DNA of 64,000 bases from positions 88,970,001-89,034,000 of the forward strand of contig NC_042997.1 of the NCBI RefSeq assembly GCF_006345805.1. Direction: 5' to 3'. Each line of letters opens with the position of its first letter. Position 1 is the stretch's first letter. Below are positions 12,536 through 26,965 of the stretch, one piece after another. This stretch comes from Octopus sinensis. Lineage: Eukaryota. The notes under the pieces were generated by a model that was not told the origin of the DNA, did not search any database, and was given only the letters and a program-made list of their open reading frames with translations. A program made the translations under genes and the position numbers.

Positions 12536-13460
12536 TAGCATGGTATGTAAAAATGCCACAGAATTGCTATTATTAGAAGTAAGAAGGTCAAGCTTGTGTA
12601 GGATGAAAGATTGCAAAGATAAAGCACTATACAAGAAATTGTCAATTCCATAGGGATGTTGCAGATAAGACAGACAGAGAAAAAAGATGGCTGTGGATGA
12701 CTAAATGTGATTTAAAACTGGAAACAGAGGCTCTAATCTGTGCTGCCCAAGAGCAAGCACTAAGAACAAACTACGTAAAATACAGAATAGATAACACACC
12801 AGAAAGTGATAAGTGCAGAATCTGTGGACAAAACGGTGAAACCGTATAGCATATTACCAGCCAATGTACGCCACTAGCCCAGAAGGAATATAAGAGACGC
12901 CACAACAATATAGCCAGGCTCGTCCATTGGACACTTTGCAACAACTATGAACTTGACAGAGCAAAACATTGGTACGACCACAAACATGAAGGCATCATTG
13001 AAAATAGAAATGCAAAGATCCTATGGGATTTTATGATTCAGTGCGACCATGAGATAGAGAATAGGAAACCAGACATAGTCTTAATTGAGAAAGAAAATAA
13101 ACTATACTGGATCATAGATATAGCATGCCCAGCTGACAACAAGGTATGCGATAAGGAAAAAAGAAAGGTCGAGAGATGTGACAGGTTAGCTTGGGAGGTT
13201 AAACAGTTGCGGTCGATGAAAAAGGTATCAGTAGTACCAATAATTGTCGGAGCCCTGGGAAAAGTTAGCAAAAATCTCGCAAAGTACGTGGAACAAATAG
13301 GGGCTGCAATAAGGGTGGAGCACCTGCAGAAAACAGGACTGCTTGGAACTGCTCGAATACTCTCGAATGTGCTCGGAAGATAAGAGGTGTTACCTTAGTT
13401 CACTGGTAGTGAACAGCTGACATTGTAATACATCTCCAGCTTTAGAAGCTGTGCAAAGAC
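12536..13460 (+). mobile_element. 5'-truncated R4/Dong-clade LINE: post-RT region, CCHC zinc knuckle, RLE domain, 3' UTR
   Basis: ETEALICAAQEQALRTN..DKCRICGQNGETV*HITSQC..KRRHNNIARLVHW..KILWDF..NRKPDIVLIEK..IIDIACP..KEKRKVER..VVPIIVGALG..LQKTGLLGTARILSNVLGR* (stop 13381-13383). In-frame stop in the knuckle means it is dead. Confidence 0.92.
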
Positions 13461-13550
13461 AAGAAGAAGAAGAAGAAGAAGAAGAAGAAGAAGAAGAAGA
13501 AGAAGAAGAAGAAGAAGAAGAAGAAGAAGAAGAAGAAGAAGAAGAAGAAG

Positions 13551-13580
<30 letters not shown>
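13461..13580. repeat. (GAA)40 pure trinucleotide tract
   Basis: Direct reading; directly follows the 3' UTR of R4 element 2. Confidence 0.97.
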
Positions 13581-13581
<1 letters not shown>

Positions 13582-14260
13582 TACAGCTACAATATCCTTA
13601 AATAAATGAATTAACCAAAATAGACAGGAAAACAAGAAAAATAATGACAGGATCTAGGATGCGCCACCCAAAATCTGACATAGAAAGGCTATATATACAA
13701 CGTATAGAAAGTGGTAGAGGCCTTATACAACTGGAAAACTATTATAAAATAACTACCATAGGACTGCAAAAATACCTACTTCAGAAGCGAGGAAAACTAA
13801 TACAAATAACCACAAAACACGAGCAAAACAAAAGACTGTTTTCAGTATTTAAATGAAGTTGACAAATACAAACAAGAAATCATACTACCTAACAAATATG
13901 AAGAAGAAGAAGAAGAAACAACAAAAGCTATAGAACAAATGAAATCCAAACTAAAACTAGAACAGCAACGGACATTGATAAAACGATGGCAATAAAAGCC
14001 CCTTCATGGCAATTACTGGGCTAAATTAAATGCAAAATAAATAGACAGAGAAAAATCCCAGCAATAGCTGAGAGGCTCAGGACTCAAGGCAGAAACTTGC
14101 AAATATATATAACATACAGAAAATTGCACTACTGGGAACTGCGCACATCCTACGCAAAACACTTTCAATACAGTAACCATAAGAGCTTCACAGCAAATCA
14201 TCGCGTATACCCAAGGCACACAGAGCTGTGAAGTGAAAGCACGCTATAAATATAAAACTA

Positions 14261-14263
<3 letters not shown>
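13581..14263 (+). mobile_element. Third R4/Dong-type LINE fragment, 5'-truncated and internally deleted
   Basis: IDRKTRKIMT..HPKSDIERLYIQRIESGRGLIQLE..RWQ*KPLHGNYW..GLKAET, joined at ~14097 to NIYNIQKIALLGTAHILRKTLSIQ* (stop 14174-14176). Zinc knuckle and RLE are missing. Confidence 0.85.
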
Positions 14264-14461
<198 letters not shown>

Positions 14462-15527
14462 CTGGTTGTAACGGAAGTAAACATGATTTGTCTTCTTAAA
14501 AGAAACTCTTGGTTATACTGTGTGCAATATTCTAAATGTTGAATATCATATTTTCTCCACACTGAAAGTCGGTCTAGCTCAGTTAAGCTTTTCATTCAAA
14601 TATAGCTTCTGGGCAGATTTTAGATCGGATCTCTCAGTACTACATTTAAATAGAAACGGTCTTAATGATATGCACTTAGCATTCTTGATAGGCAACAGAA
14701 CAATTAACCTTCTTAATTACAAGCCGTTTAATTAGTATCATCAGCTACCGAATTAGAAGTGGGGTGTAAAAAACGAGCATTAGCCTTCGCTCTCCTATGT
14801 CTGAAGTCGTTACCGGACCAAACTGATTAAGCGCTTTTAGAAAACGAAATAAACTACGAAGCAACTTAAAGGAACTGAGGGGATTTTCATCAAACTCAAG
14901 ATCCAGCTTGTAACTATTTCCTGGAAATATCTCACTGAAATTTTAGTTTCTATTTAGATTGTTAGTGACCCTGTTAGGAAGCAGCTGACATAAATGTTCT
15001 GCAGCTTTAACGACATTCTCAGAGTGAGAAATCTCATGGCGCCCGATATACTTTGAAGCATGGATTTCTTTTTCCTTTTTAGTTTTTTTTATTTTCGTGT
15101 TTTTTTTAGTTTATTTTATTTATAATCCTAATCACACAGTGGTTCGATATGGATTTTCTCCATACATCTCAAATTATCTCAAATTTAAGAGGATAAGATA
15201 GCAGCCATAAATAATGTTAGAAAAAAAAAATCTCATCTCACAGGTATTCAACTCACATAGTTTATCGTCTCCCCTGTATCTCCCCTTACTCCAACTAGCA
15301 CTGAGTGAATAATAATATAAGACAATATATCTATAAAGTCAAATACTCTACTTGTACTGTTTCTATATCCTCACATACCCATACTCTTCAGTTAAAATTA
15401 TCTGAAGCATACAAAGTTCGTTTCATAAAATGCATGCATAAGGTGTAAATACACATATGTATGTTCACACACATCAATATGTATGTGTATGAGAGACAGA
15501 CAGACAGACAGACAGCGTTTAATTTAG

Positions 15528-15690
15528 GGGAGGTGCGTGGCCTACTAGCTGGGATGTTGTGCTAACGATTATATGCTTATGGGTTCGATTTCTGGACAGA
15601 ACGATGCTTTGACTCCATGAGAAAGTCATTTCCTTCCTCGTTCATCCAATATGCTCAGCTGAAGACTAGTACCAGCCGAGTGCTAGTGCA
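15528..15690 (+). mobile_element. Degraded tRNA-derived SINE (family E)
   Basis: gaggtgcgtggcc A-box-like, gggttcgatttc B-box-like; related to the head at 57862-57935. Confidence 0.45.
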
Positions 15691-16836
15691 ACCCTCTCTA
15701 TGTCACATCTTTGGTGTTCTATTGAGTCAAAGGCAGGAAATGTTTAGCAGCGTGTATAATTCTATCAAATTATAAACGCTTGCCAGAGACGGCTTTTGTT
15801 GTAAATCAGATAAATTAATATATATTTGTAAATAATACAGTTTGAAAGGCTATTTGTTGTTACTAGGAAAAGAGTGTAGCCGACCGAACCGACTCCAGCA
15901 TATTACTGGTGCTTATTCTTGGAGATTTTGAGCTCCAAACGCAGAAGGATGAAAATAATGGACTGTCTACTGATTCTATAACTCTAGTCACAACTATCAA
16001 TGAATTGAGTCAACGGATCACCGAATCAACCGGTGGTCGCTCGACACACTGCTTGAATAAAAGAAAAGATGTCTTAGCGATAGATCTATTGAATCAAATT
16101 GACCTGGGCTAAACAACAACTCTTTGAATTAATATATGATTAACTGATGGGTAAACAGCTTCCGGCTTGCATTAGCAGATAGAAGCAATCTTACCAATCA
16201 CAAAATCAATGTTTATTGGAAAAGACAGTCACAGATGATAAATGATTTCCATTTATTGCGTTTACAATCTAAGACACATTTTTAACAGAAAATAAGCGTT
16301 TGAAAATCGATATAATTATAACATTGATTAATTTACTGATCACTGACAAGGGTTTAAGCAAATACAATATAAAATAAAATATTGATTCTGTTTCAGTTAA
16401 CTACTAAGACAGAGCATCAAATCTGAGAAAAATCGGTAGTCATCCGGTTGAGACTGACGTCCTATCCTGGAAAATGATTAATATCTGATCTACTTTACGC
16501 TACCGGATCCCGAACCTGAGTGTATAATGTATCCTTTGAATCAGAAATATTTATAGCGGGCACGCGCACACACACCCACACACAAACACAAAACACACAA
16601 ACACATACACAGTCCTACACAAACACACACTCAACTACAAACATGCATGCAAGCACAAAGAGGAAACCAATAACATGTTTTCAAAACCCCAAAATATCAA
16701 ATGGAAAAAGAATATTCTAAATCCCTAGTACTTTACGTAGCTATAAGGAATATGTGCATAAACATGGACACTCGCATACATACATACATACATACATACA
16801 TACATACATACATACATACATACATACATACATACA

Positions 16837-16869
<33 letters not shown>

Positions 16870-17341
16870 GCATACATACGCGGGGACACACATATATATA
16901 ATGTTCGCGTGCGTTTGCATATATATATATATATATATTGAATATGCACCCGAAGTCTAGTTTAATCTTTTTTATTAAGTTTTCTTTATATATTTTCCTA
17001 TGAATTCATCTAGTCTATACTCGGTGTGCATTTGATTCATATAATAGCATTATGTATGGTTTGTGCATTTTTAATGGGTGTAGTATGTGCTGTATTTGTT
17101 TTGGTGTATTTTTCCTGCATTGTTCTATTGCTTGGTCTATTAGTTTGTTTGGATTTCTATTGTTGGCTTTTATCAACAAACAGGTATTCAAACTAACTAA
17201 TAGACCACGAATTCCCTACAAAAAGAAACGATTAATGATCAATACTCATAATAGAGCACAACTACAATAAACACACAGACACCATACACAAGTCAGAAAT
17301 AAACAATAAACACCTGACTTATTCCGGAGGTAAAATCTACA

Positions 17342-17401
17342 CCAATCGCATTGGTTCTGCCTACTATAAAAAGAGGGCGTAAACACACGCCAACATCATT
17401 T
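17342..17401 (+). promoter_or_regulatory. Core-promoter-like arrangement (CCAAT/ATTGG pair, TATA, Inr-like)
   Basis: ccaat 17342, attgg 17350, tataaaaag 17365, tcattt 17396. Motif match only. Confidence 0.25.
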
Positions 17402-18078
17402 CATCTTGAGACTGAGACTATGAAGACCTACAAAGTTTATAATGGATTTAGGAACTTTACTGTTCCTAATAAGCTGTAAGGAATTCATATGGTAACATGA
17501 AAAGTAAAAACAGGACACGGGAGTGTATTCAATACATGTCTAGGAGAAAAACTGTTCTTATGTATGCAGGATAACATAAAATAAAAACATAAGGCGTGTC
17601 TCATAGTAAATAAAAGCCGAGCAAAAGATAGAGCTAATGTAAGTGTTCCTAACAAGTACTTAAGTATTGATCCGTTTAATCAGACTAGAATATAATTTTC
17701 CGGTGTTTTAGGAAATATTTATCGAAGTGGTTACATTTAGTGACAATATCTCATCTATGGGTATACTTTAATTGTTTAGTTTGAGATTAATTTCAGTCTT
17801 TCAAATTCCAGACGCTTAATTGGATAATTTTGTTGCATTCCATTTTTTATTGTTATTATTATTTTCTGAAGAAAGAAGCATGGTTGTTTAAATTCACCTT
17901 CCACCACACCTTGATTTTAGATATGATGTTTGGTTTGATAGAGGGAAATAGAGAGACGATGATTACTCCTAGTAAACAGTTAAATATTGATCCATTCAAT
18001 ACTATATCGATATTATAATCACCGTCTCTCGGGTGATAGACTAATTTCTATGGTATCAAATATATGCATTAACAACAG

Positions 18079-18234
18079 CAGCCGTTCAAGAATTTGGACC
18101 TGGAGATCTCCATTTCCAGCGACTTCGAGGGCCACCTCCCAGTGGTGTCGGACGTCAACGAAGAGCCCTCGACTACAACAAGACGACCAAAGTTTTTTTC
18201 CCAATGTCTGGGGTCTCCCGCCCCTAAGCCCTAG
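18079..18234 (+). CDS. Probable terminal coding exon of an unidentified gene
   Basis: NAGNAG acceptor aacag|cag| with actaat branch-like motif upstream. GC-rich island with strong GC3 periodicity in the frame QPFKNLDLEISISSDFEGHLPVVSDVNEEPSTTTRRPKFFSQCLGSPAPKP*. UTR-like simple repeats follow. Confidence 0.55.
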   Translation, partial: QPFKNLDLEISISSDFEGHLPVVSDVNEEPSTTTRRPKFFSQCLGSPAPKP

Positions 18235-19340
18235 ACCATCACCTAATCACCCTTACCCGTCTTGTTGCTTAGCAACAACAACAACAGCAACGGCCAGAGC
18301 CTAGTATTGGCTCCGCTTTCACCATCCTTTAATATTTTCCTTATTCTCACCATTTATTTCTTGTTGTTGCTGTTGCTATTATTGTCATCTCGTTTTGCTG
18401 TTATCTCGTTATTACGATTCTTTTAGTAGTTGTAGTTCTTGTCACTGCTACTCTTCTCTGTATCATAACAACACCTGTTGCTGTCGCAGTTGTTGGCTAT
18501 GTCAATGTTTTTTGTCTTATGTTTTGTTTTGTTTTATTTTTTTGCGCAACTTTGATCAAATCTTCCAATCGTGGCCATCTCATTATTTTAGAGTCTAAAT
18601 CTACATTATTCATTGTGCAATTTGTGCTTTACTTAAGGGTTGGGTGGTATGATTTGAGGGAAATTTGGCAACTACTTCTAGCAGAACAAGTAGACACATA
18701 AAGGCACCCTTATTGGCTCGTTGGTCTTGAAGTTGTTCTTGATCTTTTCACTGCTGCTGCAGCTGCTACTACTGCTACTGCTATCGTTACTATTATTGCT
18801 CACTCCCACCACTCCCCCAGACCACTATGACTGTAGTAACTAAAAAGATTAGGTCGATTTGGTGGTCTAACAATTAGAACGACCAATGTATGACGTAGAC
18901 ACCTTGAGAAGCCGGAGGCCATATTTTTATTGTTTTTGTTTTTCTAGTTGATATTTTGTTGTTGTTTAATGTTTTTGTGCTGGGGATCTTTTTCTTTATT
19001 TTTAGCTTAGATTTCTTTATGTTTTTGTCTTAGATTTTTTCTTTTGGTTTGTTTGTTTGTTTTTACACAAACTTGAAACATTGCAAACATCATAAACCTT
19101 AATTAAATAGCTTATGTACAGCATGAAAGGTAAAAAGCGACTATTAGCGAGTGAGAGCGAAAGAGAGAGACAGAGAGAAGGGGATTAGGTCATAAACGTG
19201 AAAGAGACAAGATTAAAAGAGAGAGGGGGAAATGGAAAGCGTGTAATAGAGAGAGTGAAAAGAAAGACTAAGTGAGGAAAAGAGAAGGATTAAAACATAT
19301 TTCAAGTGAGTGCGTACGTATGTATATTGTGTGCGTATGC

Positions 19341-19384
<44 letters not shown>

Positions 19385-20821
19385 ATGCATATGAATGTAT
19401 GAGCATTTAGTGCTCTGTATGTATAGTGTGTTCATTTACATATTTATACACTAATATAAGAGTGCTCAATACATGCTCAGAGTAGGAGCTGTTTGGTAAT
19501 ATATGATCGAGTGTGGTAATGTAGCATCTAGTCCATACCTTGGTTTCTCACAATTTGTTTCGCATGAATAAAAGGACGCATAGAAAAGTATTGCTGTTGT
19601 TTAAATTCTGGAACAAAAACAAGGATTTTAACTGTGACCCGGCCATACATTCCCATCCCAACCCGTCATTTCAGAACTATCTAAAAGTATATTAAGTAAT
19701 GCTACCTTTACTCAGCTGAGATGGGAATGTGTTGTTTTTTATCCGACTGGATGTTGTTTCTAACAGGTCAAACGTTCACATAGAAATTCCCTTAATCCTG
19801 AAGCAGACGTGTCCCAATAATAGTTTCGGATTTTGGCAATTTGAGGGGAAAGGGAGCGAGTCGATTACATCGGCGCTAGTATCCAACAATACTTATTTTA
19901 TCGATCTCGAAAGGATGAAAAGCAAAGTCGAACTAAACGGAATTTGATGCAGTTGCTATGAGCATGATTGATGTAATAAGTAAAATTTATAAACGAAAGA
20001 AAAAAACATTAGAAGTACGTTTACTGTCACTCAAGAATGTATCATTTCGCTTATCTGCATACCGGAAAATATCTATTTATATGTACAAAATTGCATTACG
20101 TTGACAAAAATTATTATATTACCCCACGGTAAACTATCAATATTCAAAAAATTACCTGTTATGCTAATGAGAAAACAAAAAAATTTAATTTAGTTTACAA
20201 AATTCGCTATTATGCTAACTGCATATTGTTATGTGTTTCACCTCATTACTGCGCGTTACAGCGTATCGCTACGAGTTGCAGTGTATTGCTGCACCTTGCA
20301 GCATGGTGCTACGCGTTACTTCACTGTAATTACAACGGTTCTTGCTATAACATTTCCTTATATCTTCATACTCTAAAATCTATATGGATGTATAATACTA
20401 CCATCCAAGACCGGCAAATGCACTCGCCTTTCTTTTTCCCATCATCTCTTGTGCATCTTAGTACTTCTTCAAGTACTGCCACGCGTTTTCACTGGATAGA
20501 TATACTATAATTATGAACATGTAATCAAACACAAAAATTATTCAAAAATGCATTTGCATAAAATTAACTTATAATTAGACCATCACTATTTCTAAGGAAT
20601 ACTTAGTGGCCTTTCGAAGAGCTCCAATCAAACTCTTGCGGATCCACTAGCTACCGCCTGAAAAAATCCTAGCTAACTTTTGCGAAACCACAGATTTCCG
20701 AAAAACCGTGGCGGGGGAACATTGACTTAGGGAGTTGCGCATGCGTCGTAAAAGCGTATGCCTTCTATTGGATTATATCCAAATGTCTCATCACAAGATG
20801 GTTATCACATGGCAAGGTGAA

Positions 20822-20866
<45 letters not shown>

Positions 20867-20867
20867 G

Positions 20868-20922
<55 letters not shown>

Positions 20923-21589
20923 GAAATGCGGGATCGATATATAAATAAATGAGGTGGAACACTTCATTAAGCTTCTAGAGATCTGAAGAAAAAACTTTAG
21001 AATATTGGATCGCATCATTAACTGGCATTTAATGATAGATCTATCAAAATTTACAACCGCAGACTTGATGTCATAAACAGACGTGTTGTTTAGTCTCAGA
21101 TCAACACATATATTGATCCCTGCATTTGTTCACACACACACGAATGTTTCACCTAGTCAAATGAAAGCCAACTTGTGACGTCTGTATATCATTGGATTAT
21201 AATGATATACGCTTCTATATACACCACTCTATAAGCCAGCGTTTCCCAACCAAGGTTTTAAAGAATCCTATGATTCTGCAAAAGCAGATATAACATACTT
21301 ATATTCAAAAGAATTCCACCCATCATTATCCCGTCATTTTACCAATGATTATGAACCTAGAACCACATTATCCAACGTATCCTTCTTGTCTGACAGGAGG
21401 GTATGATTTGAGGGAAATGCTTTTTGTAATTGCTATTTCTAGTAGGTCAAATGACCACGTTGAGACGATGAATGAAATTATTTTATGGTAGTAAATGAAT
21501 GAAATTATTTTATGGTAGTAAATGTAATGAAAATATAAGCTCCGTAGGCCTTTTAAGTTCATTACTCTGTTAGGAAGGTAAAGCACGAT

Positions 21590-21990
21590 ATGACAAAACT
21601 TTTGAACGTCTGAACCCGGTAGTAAGACTGCATGCGACGTCTTTGTTTTCGTTGTTGAATTCGTCCTGCTGTATGGGTGGAGATAAGCACTTCAATTGCA
21701 GTTCAGGGAAAATCAGTGGCTGGGTGTTACACAGGGGTGTTGCGTACGGCTCAGAAGAGCTTGTAGATTAAAAACATGAACATTATTGCCCTCTTCGCAT
21801 GTCTACAGTTGTTGACCACATACATTCGAGAAAGGAGATAAAAGTTCACCAGCCACAGTGTGCACCATCCTGATCTCATCACTCCAAGACTTAGCACTGA
21901 GAGTCAATATATGTTAATACTACGTGTAGTGCTCGGAGAATAACATATGTATGTGCTGGAAAAACAATGATGAGCTACTCTCTGGCATAT
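21590..21990 (+). mobile_element. Degraded RTE-clade LINE, 3' part of ORF
   Basis: Frameshifted VEFVLLYG..GCYTGVLRTA..IRERR*KFTSHSVHHPDLI, resembling the RTE motifs VESVLLYG/GCYTRMLR/IRERRLRFAGH. Confidence 0.6.
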
Positions 21991-22589
21991 TGATCCGGGA
22001 TGTGTGGCATACATTTCACATTCGGGAGTATGAGCGGCTCCAGCGACTTCGACTTCAATGAAAATGTTCATTTCTTAACTCTGATTTGTATGGCTTTTCC
22101 TCTTTTTTCATTGCTTTGTCACGAAGAAGGACAGATCCATGACCATTCACTTAGGTTCTGAGATTGGGAAGAGTGAGAGAGGAAGGTATCTTCAAACCAG
22201 TGATCTGGTCAGAATGCTTGCAACAGAGTGAATTCAGTTAATTGTACGTAAGGACGAGGTGGTGGTGTCAAACCAAGCGATGGACTGTCTACACCTATTT
22301 GGCTGCGGTAGGATTTGAACGCGGAATGCAAAGAGTCAGAACAAAATACTGCGTGAAAGTTCATATGATGCGTGATGATTCTGCCAGTCCACTATTATAG
22401 ATTTCTGAGACATTTATGGACTCACATTCACCGGAAAACATATGAAAGTTAAAGTTGGCTTAAGCAGGATTTGAACTCAGAATGTAAAGAGCAGTAACTG
22501 AATACCACAAGTCATTTTATTCTTGTGTGTTTGTGTGTGTGTTCTTGTGTGTTTGTGTGTGTGTGTGTATTTCTTTCTCACTGCATGAT

Positions 22590-22799
22590 TACCGTATTTT
22601 CCAGCATACGAGTCGAATTTTCCAAACGAAAATTTACAACCAAAAACAGGTAGGACAACTTATATACCTAGACGACATTGGCAGACCAAAGTTCCTGTGA
22701 AATGCAGCATGATTTGAAAAGATAATGACGTTGTTTGAATATTTATACGACATGTTTACACAATATAGTACATCCACTTGCATATGGAAAAATACGGTA
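22590..22799. mobile_element. Tc1/pogo-type MITE, 210 bp
   Basis: TIRs taccgtattttcca / tggaaaaatacggta with TA ends. Confidence 0.75.
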
Positions 22800-23357
22800 T
22801 TTCAAGTGAACATGTTAATGACTTTTGCATTAAATATGTTAACTGAACAAACAAACACAAAGACTAGGATGTATTTCTCGATTATTAAGAAGTATATAAG
22901 CCAACGAGGGACACCAATGCAATCGCTCGAACTCCTACAAAAGGCAACCAAATCGCTTTTAAATAATGCTGTTTCGGGAGATGACAATATTCATTTGAAA
23001 TCTTTTATGAATGATTTTCAGTCTTAGTCTAACACAACACATCCATTCGTTCTCATGTACAAGAAAGAACAGTTCCATTGTGCTATGAAAATATATTCAG
23101 TACGTAAAAGACAAAGGGGTAATACAATAAAAATAGTGTCGTTGCAAAGGTAAAATCATGCAATGTTCAAGGTAGTAACTGTATTTTATGCACAATGGTC
23201 GCGATAGGAACCACAATTTATGCTCAGATATTGTCCGCTTGAATATAGGAGAAGAAACCGTTTCATCTTATGTATACACAGGCAATTTTTAGCTTCAATC
23301 TTTTTCCAAGCATATCCATCAGTCGGTGGTAGCCGAATTACAAACCAGTTGAACGTA

Positions 23358-23840
<483 letters not shown>

Positions 23841-24200
23841 CTGCGAAAATTGATAGTTCAAAAACTTAGGTTTGTAAATGCGTAATTTCGAAATGAAAAA
23901 TTCGCATAGAAGGATTAAGAAAGTTATTTCTTCCAACAATTAATGAGCTCTGTTTTCTTTTCCTTTTTGATGTTGTTGCTTTGTTTTTTGCTTTTTTTGT
24001 CTGGAATTACAACCCTTAATCTGAAACTCTGACGTAACAAAGACGTCAGATACACGTGACCTAGCCAACAAAGTAAATGTGTCTTGGCGCAATCCTGTTT
24101 TTCTTTTCTTTTTTTAATATATGTTCATTATAAATGAGAAATTTATCGTCTTAGGAATTCGTGCAAAAGGTATCAGCCAACTAGGTGATACATAGGTATT

Positions 24201-24293
<93 letters not shown>

Positions 24294-24298
24294 TCTGT

Positions 24299-24727
24299 TA
24301 TTCTTTTACTTATTTCAGTCATTTGACTGCGAGCATGCTGGAACACAGCCTTTAATGGAACAATTCGACCCCAGGACTTATTCTTTGTAAGCCTAGTATA
24401 TATTCTATCGGTCTCTTTTGCCAAACCGCTAGGTTACGGGGACGTTAACACACACAACAGCGTCGGTTGTCATGATGAGGATGAGGAAACAACACAGACA
24501 CAAATACATACATACTATTATATAATATATATATATATATATAATATATATATATATTATATATATCCAACGGGCTTCTATCAGTTTCCGCCTTGTAGAT
24601 CCACTCACGAGGCTTTGTTCGGCCCGAAGCTATAGTAGAAAACACTTGCTCAAGGTGGCACGCAGTGGGCCTGAACCCGGAACCATGTGCTGGGAAGCAA
24701 GCTTCTTACCACACACCCACTCCTGCG
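24299..24727 (-). mobile_element. SINE family A between (GATA)n and (TA)n tracts
   Basis: Full head (cttaccacacacccactcctgcgc on +), CORE-like part, internal (TA)n and tail. Confidence 0.85.
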
Positions 24728-24745
24728 CTTATATAATATATATAA

Positions 24746-24814
<69 letters not shown>

Positions 24815-24872
24815 TATATTTTTTATATTTATATATTATATATCTTATAATATCTTACTATCTATCTATCTG

Positions 24873-24935
<63 letters not shown>

Positions 24936-24999
24936 GTCTGTCTGTCTATATGTTTATTTATATATGTATATATACGATACATACTTATATACATAGATA

Positions 25000-25048
<49 letters not shown>

Positions 25049-25101
25049 TATATATATATGTGTGTATATATATATATATATATACACATACATGCACCAA
25101 A

Positions 25102-25136
<35 letters not shown>

Positions 25137-25381
25137 CATCATCAGAGATTAGGATCATAGATCACAGCGACAGAGATCATGTTAGTTTATCTCACCTCTC
25201 CCTTCCATTTAAACCCCTCCCCCTCCCCATGCCAACCAGTCTAACCCACCCCGTCCCATTTCTTTTCATTTACTCTTTCACTTTCACTTGTTCATACATC
25301 TCTCAAATTAAATGCTACTTAATGAACCTCCACAGGTGAGTGCACTAAATCCTCAAGCACTCTGTACGTGTACATACGCGG

Positions 25382-25440
<59 letters not shown>

Positions 25441-25454
25441 TGTGCGTGTGTGTG

Positions 25455-25965
25455 TATACATGCACAGACATATACACATAAATTTGCTAAATATATATAT
25501 ATATATATATATATAAGCAGGTAGGTAGGTATGTAGACATGCATGCAAGTATGTATGTATGTATGTATGTATGTATGTATGTACGCATATGTGTATGTGC
25601 GTATTTATTTATGCTTATATGGATTCGCATACGAACGCCTGTACGTATGTATTTATGTATATAAGTGTAACAGCTCTGTGGAGTTTATATATATGTATGT
25701 ATGTATTTGTGTGAGTGCTTGTGGGTGTGGATGTGTGTGTGTTTGTGTGTGTGCGTGCGTGTGTATGCATGTGTGTGTATGTTGTGAGATAAGGATGAAG
25801 ACATTCCTTGTTCATGACCTATTAAAAATGTCGATTACCTGTGAATACAATCACACATAGACAACACAAACACACACAAACGTAACACACATACACATAC
25901 ATATATACTATATACATACACAAATACACCACATACATGGATATATGTGTGTATATATATATGTA

Positions 25966-26024
<59 letters not shown>

Positions 26025-26731
26025 ATAGACAATACACGTGTCGTATATATCCATACTATATGCAGAAATATACATACAAACGTTGTGGATGTACATGTGA
26101 TAGAGTACGCGCGCGTGTATATGTGATGTGTGTGTGTGGTGTTGTGGGTGCTGTGGTGTGTGTGTGTGTGTGTGTGTGTGTTGTGTGTGTGGTGTGTGTG
26201 TGTGTGGTGGTGTGTATACATGCACAGACATATACACATAAATGTGCTAAATATATATATATATATATAAGCAGGTAGGTAGGTAATGTAGACATGCATG
26301 CAAGTATGTATGTATTATGTATGTATGTATGTATGTAGGTATGTACGCATATATGTATGTGCGTATTTATTTATGCTTATATGGATTCGCGATACGAACG
26401 CCTGTACGTATGTATTTATGTATATAAGTGTAACAGCTCTGTGGAGTTTATATATATATGTATGTATGTATTTGTGTGAGTGCTTGTGGGTGTGGATGTG
26501 TGTGTGTTGTGTGTGTGCGTGCGTCTGTGTAATGATGGTGTGTATGTTGTGAGATAAGGATGAAGACATGCTTGTTCTGACCTATAAAAATGTCGATTAC
26601 CTGTGAATACAGATCACACATAGACACACACAAACACACACAAACGTACACACATATACATACATTATATACATATATATACATACACAAATACACACAT
26701 ACATGGATATATGTGTGTATATATATATGTA

Positions 26732-26790
<59 letters not shown>

Positions 26791-26919
26791 ATAGACAATA
26801 CACGTGTCGTATATATCCATACTATATGCAGAAATATACATACAAACGTTGTGGATGTACATGTGATAGAGTACGCGCGCGTGTATATGTGAGTGTTGTG
26901 TGTGTGTGTGTGTGTGTGC

Positions 26920-26965
<46 letters not shown>
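25455..26965. repeat. Two-copy tandem duplication, period ~760 bp (real or assembly artefact)
   Basis: Unique anchors (ggattcgc, gtgtaacagctctgtggag, gagataaggatgaagac, gacaatacacgtgtcg, gagtacgcgcgc) repeat ~760 bp apart, differing by many 1-nt indels. Confidence 0.9.

Noticed and set aside
14868-15010. Kolobok-like TTAA-AG...CT-TTAA element (also 43449)
   Set aside because: The terminal inverted repeats do not match beyond 2-3 bp.
18079-18234. Assignment to PMCA, SLC4, R7BP or TGF-beta on short resemblances (HLPVVSD, QPF, RRPKFF..C, RQRRALD)
   Set aside because: Matches are a few residues long, in conflicting frames, and lack flanking family motifs; no gene symbol given.
22725-23027. 100-aa ORF
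   Set aside because: Starts inside a MITE; no recognisable domain or codon bias.
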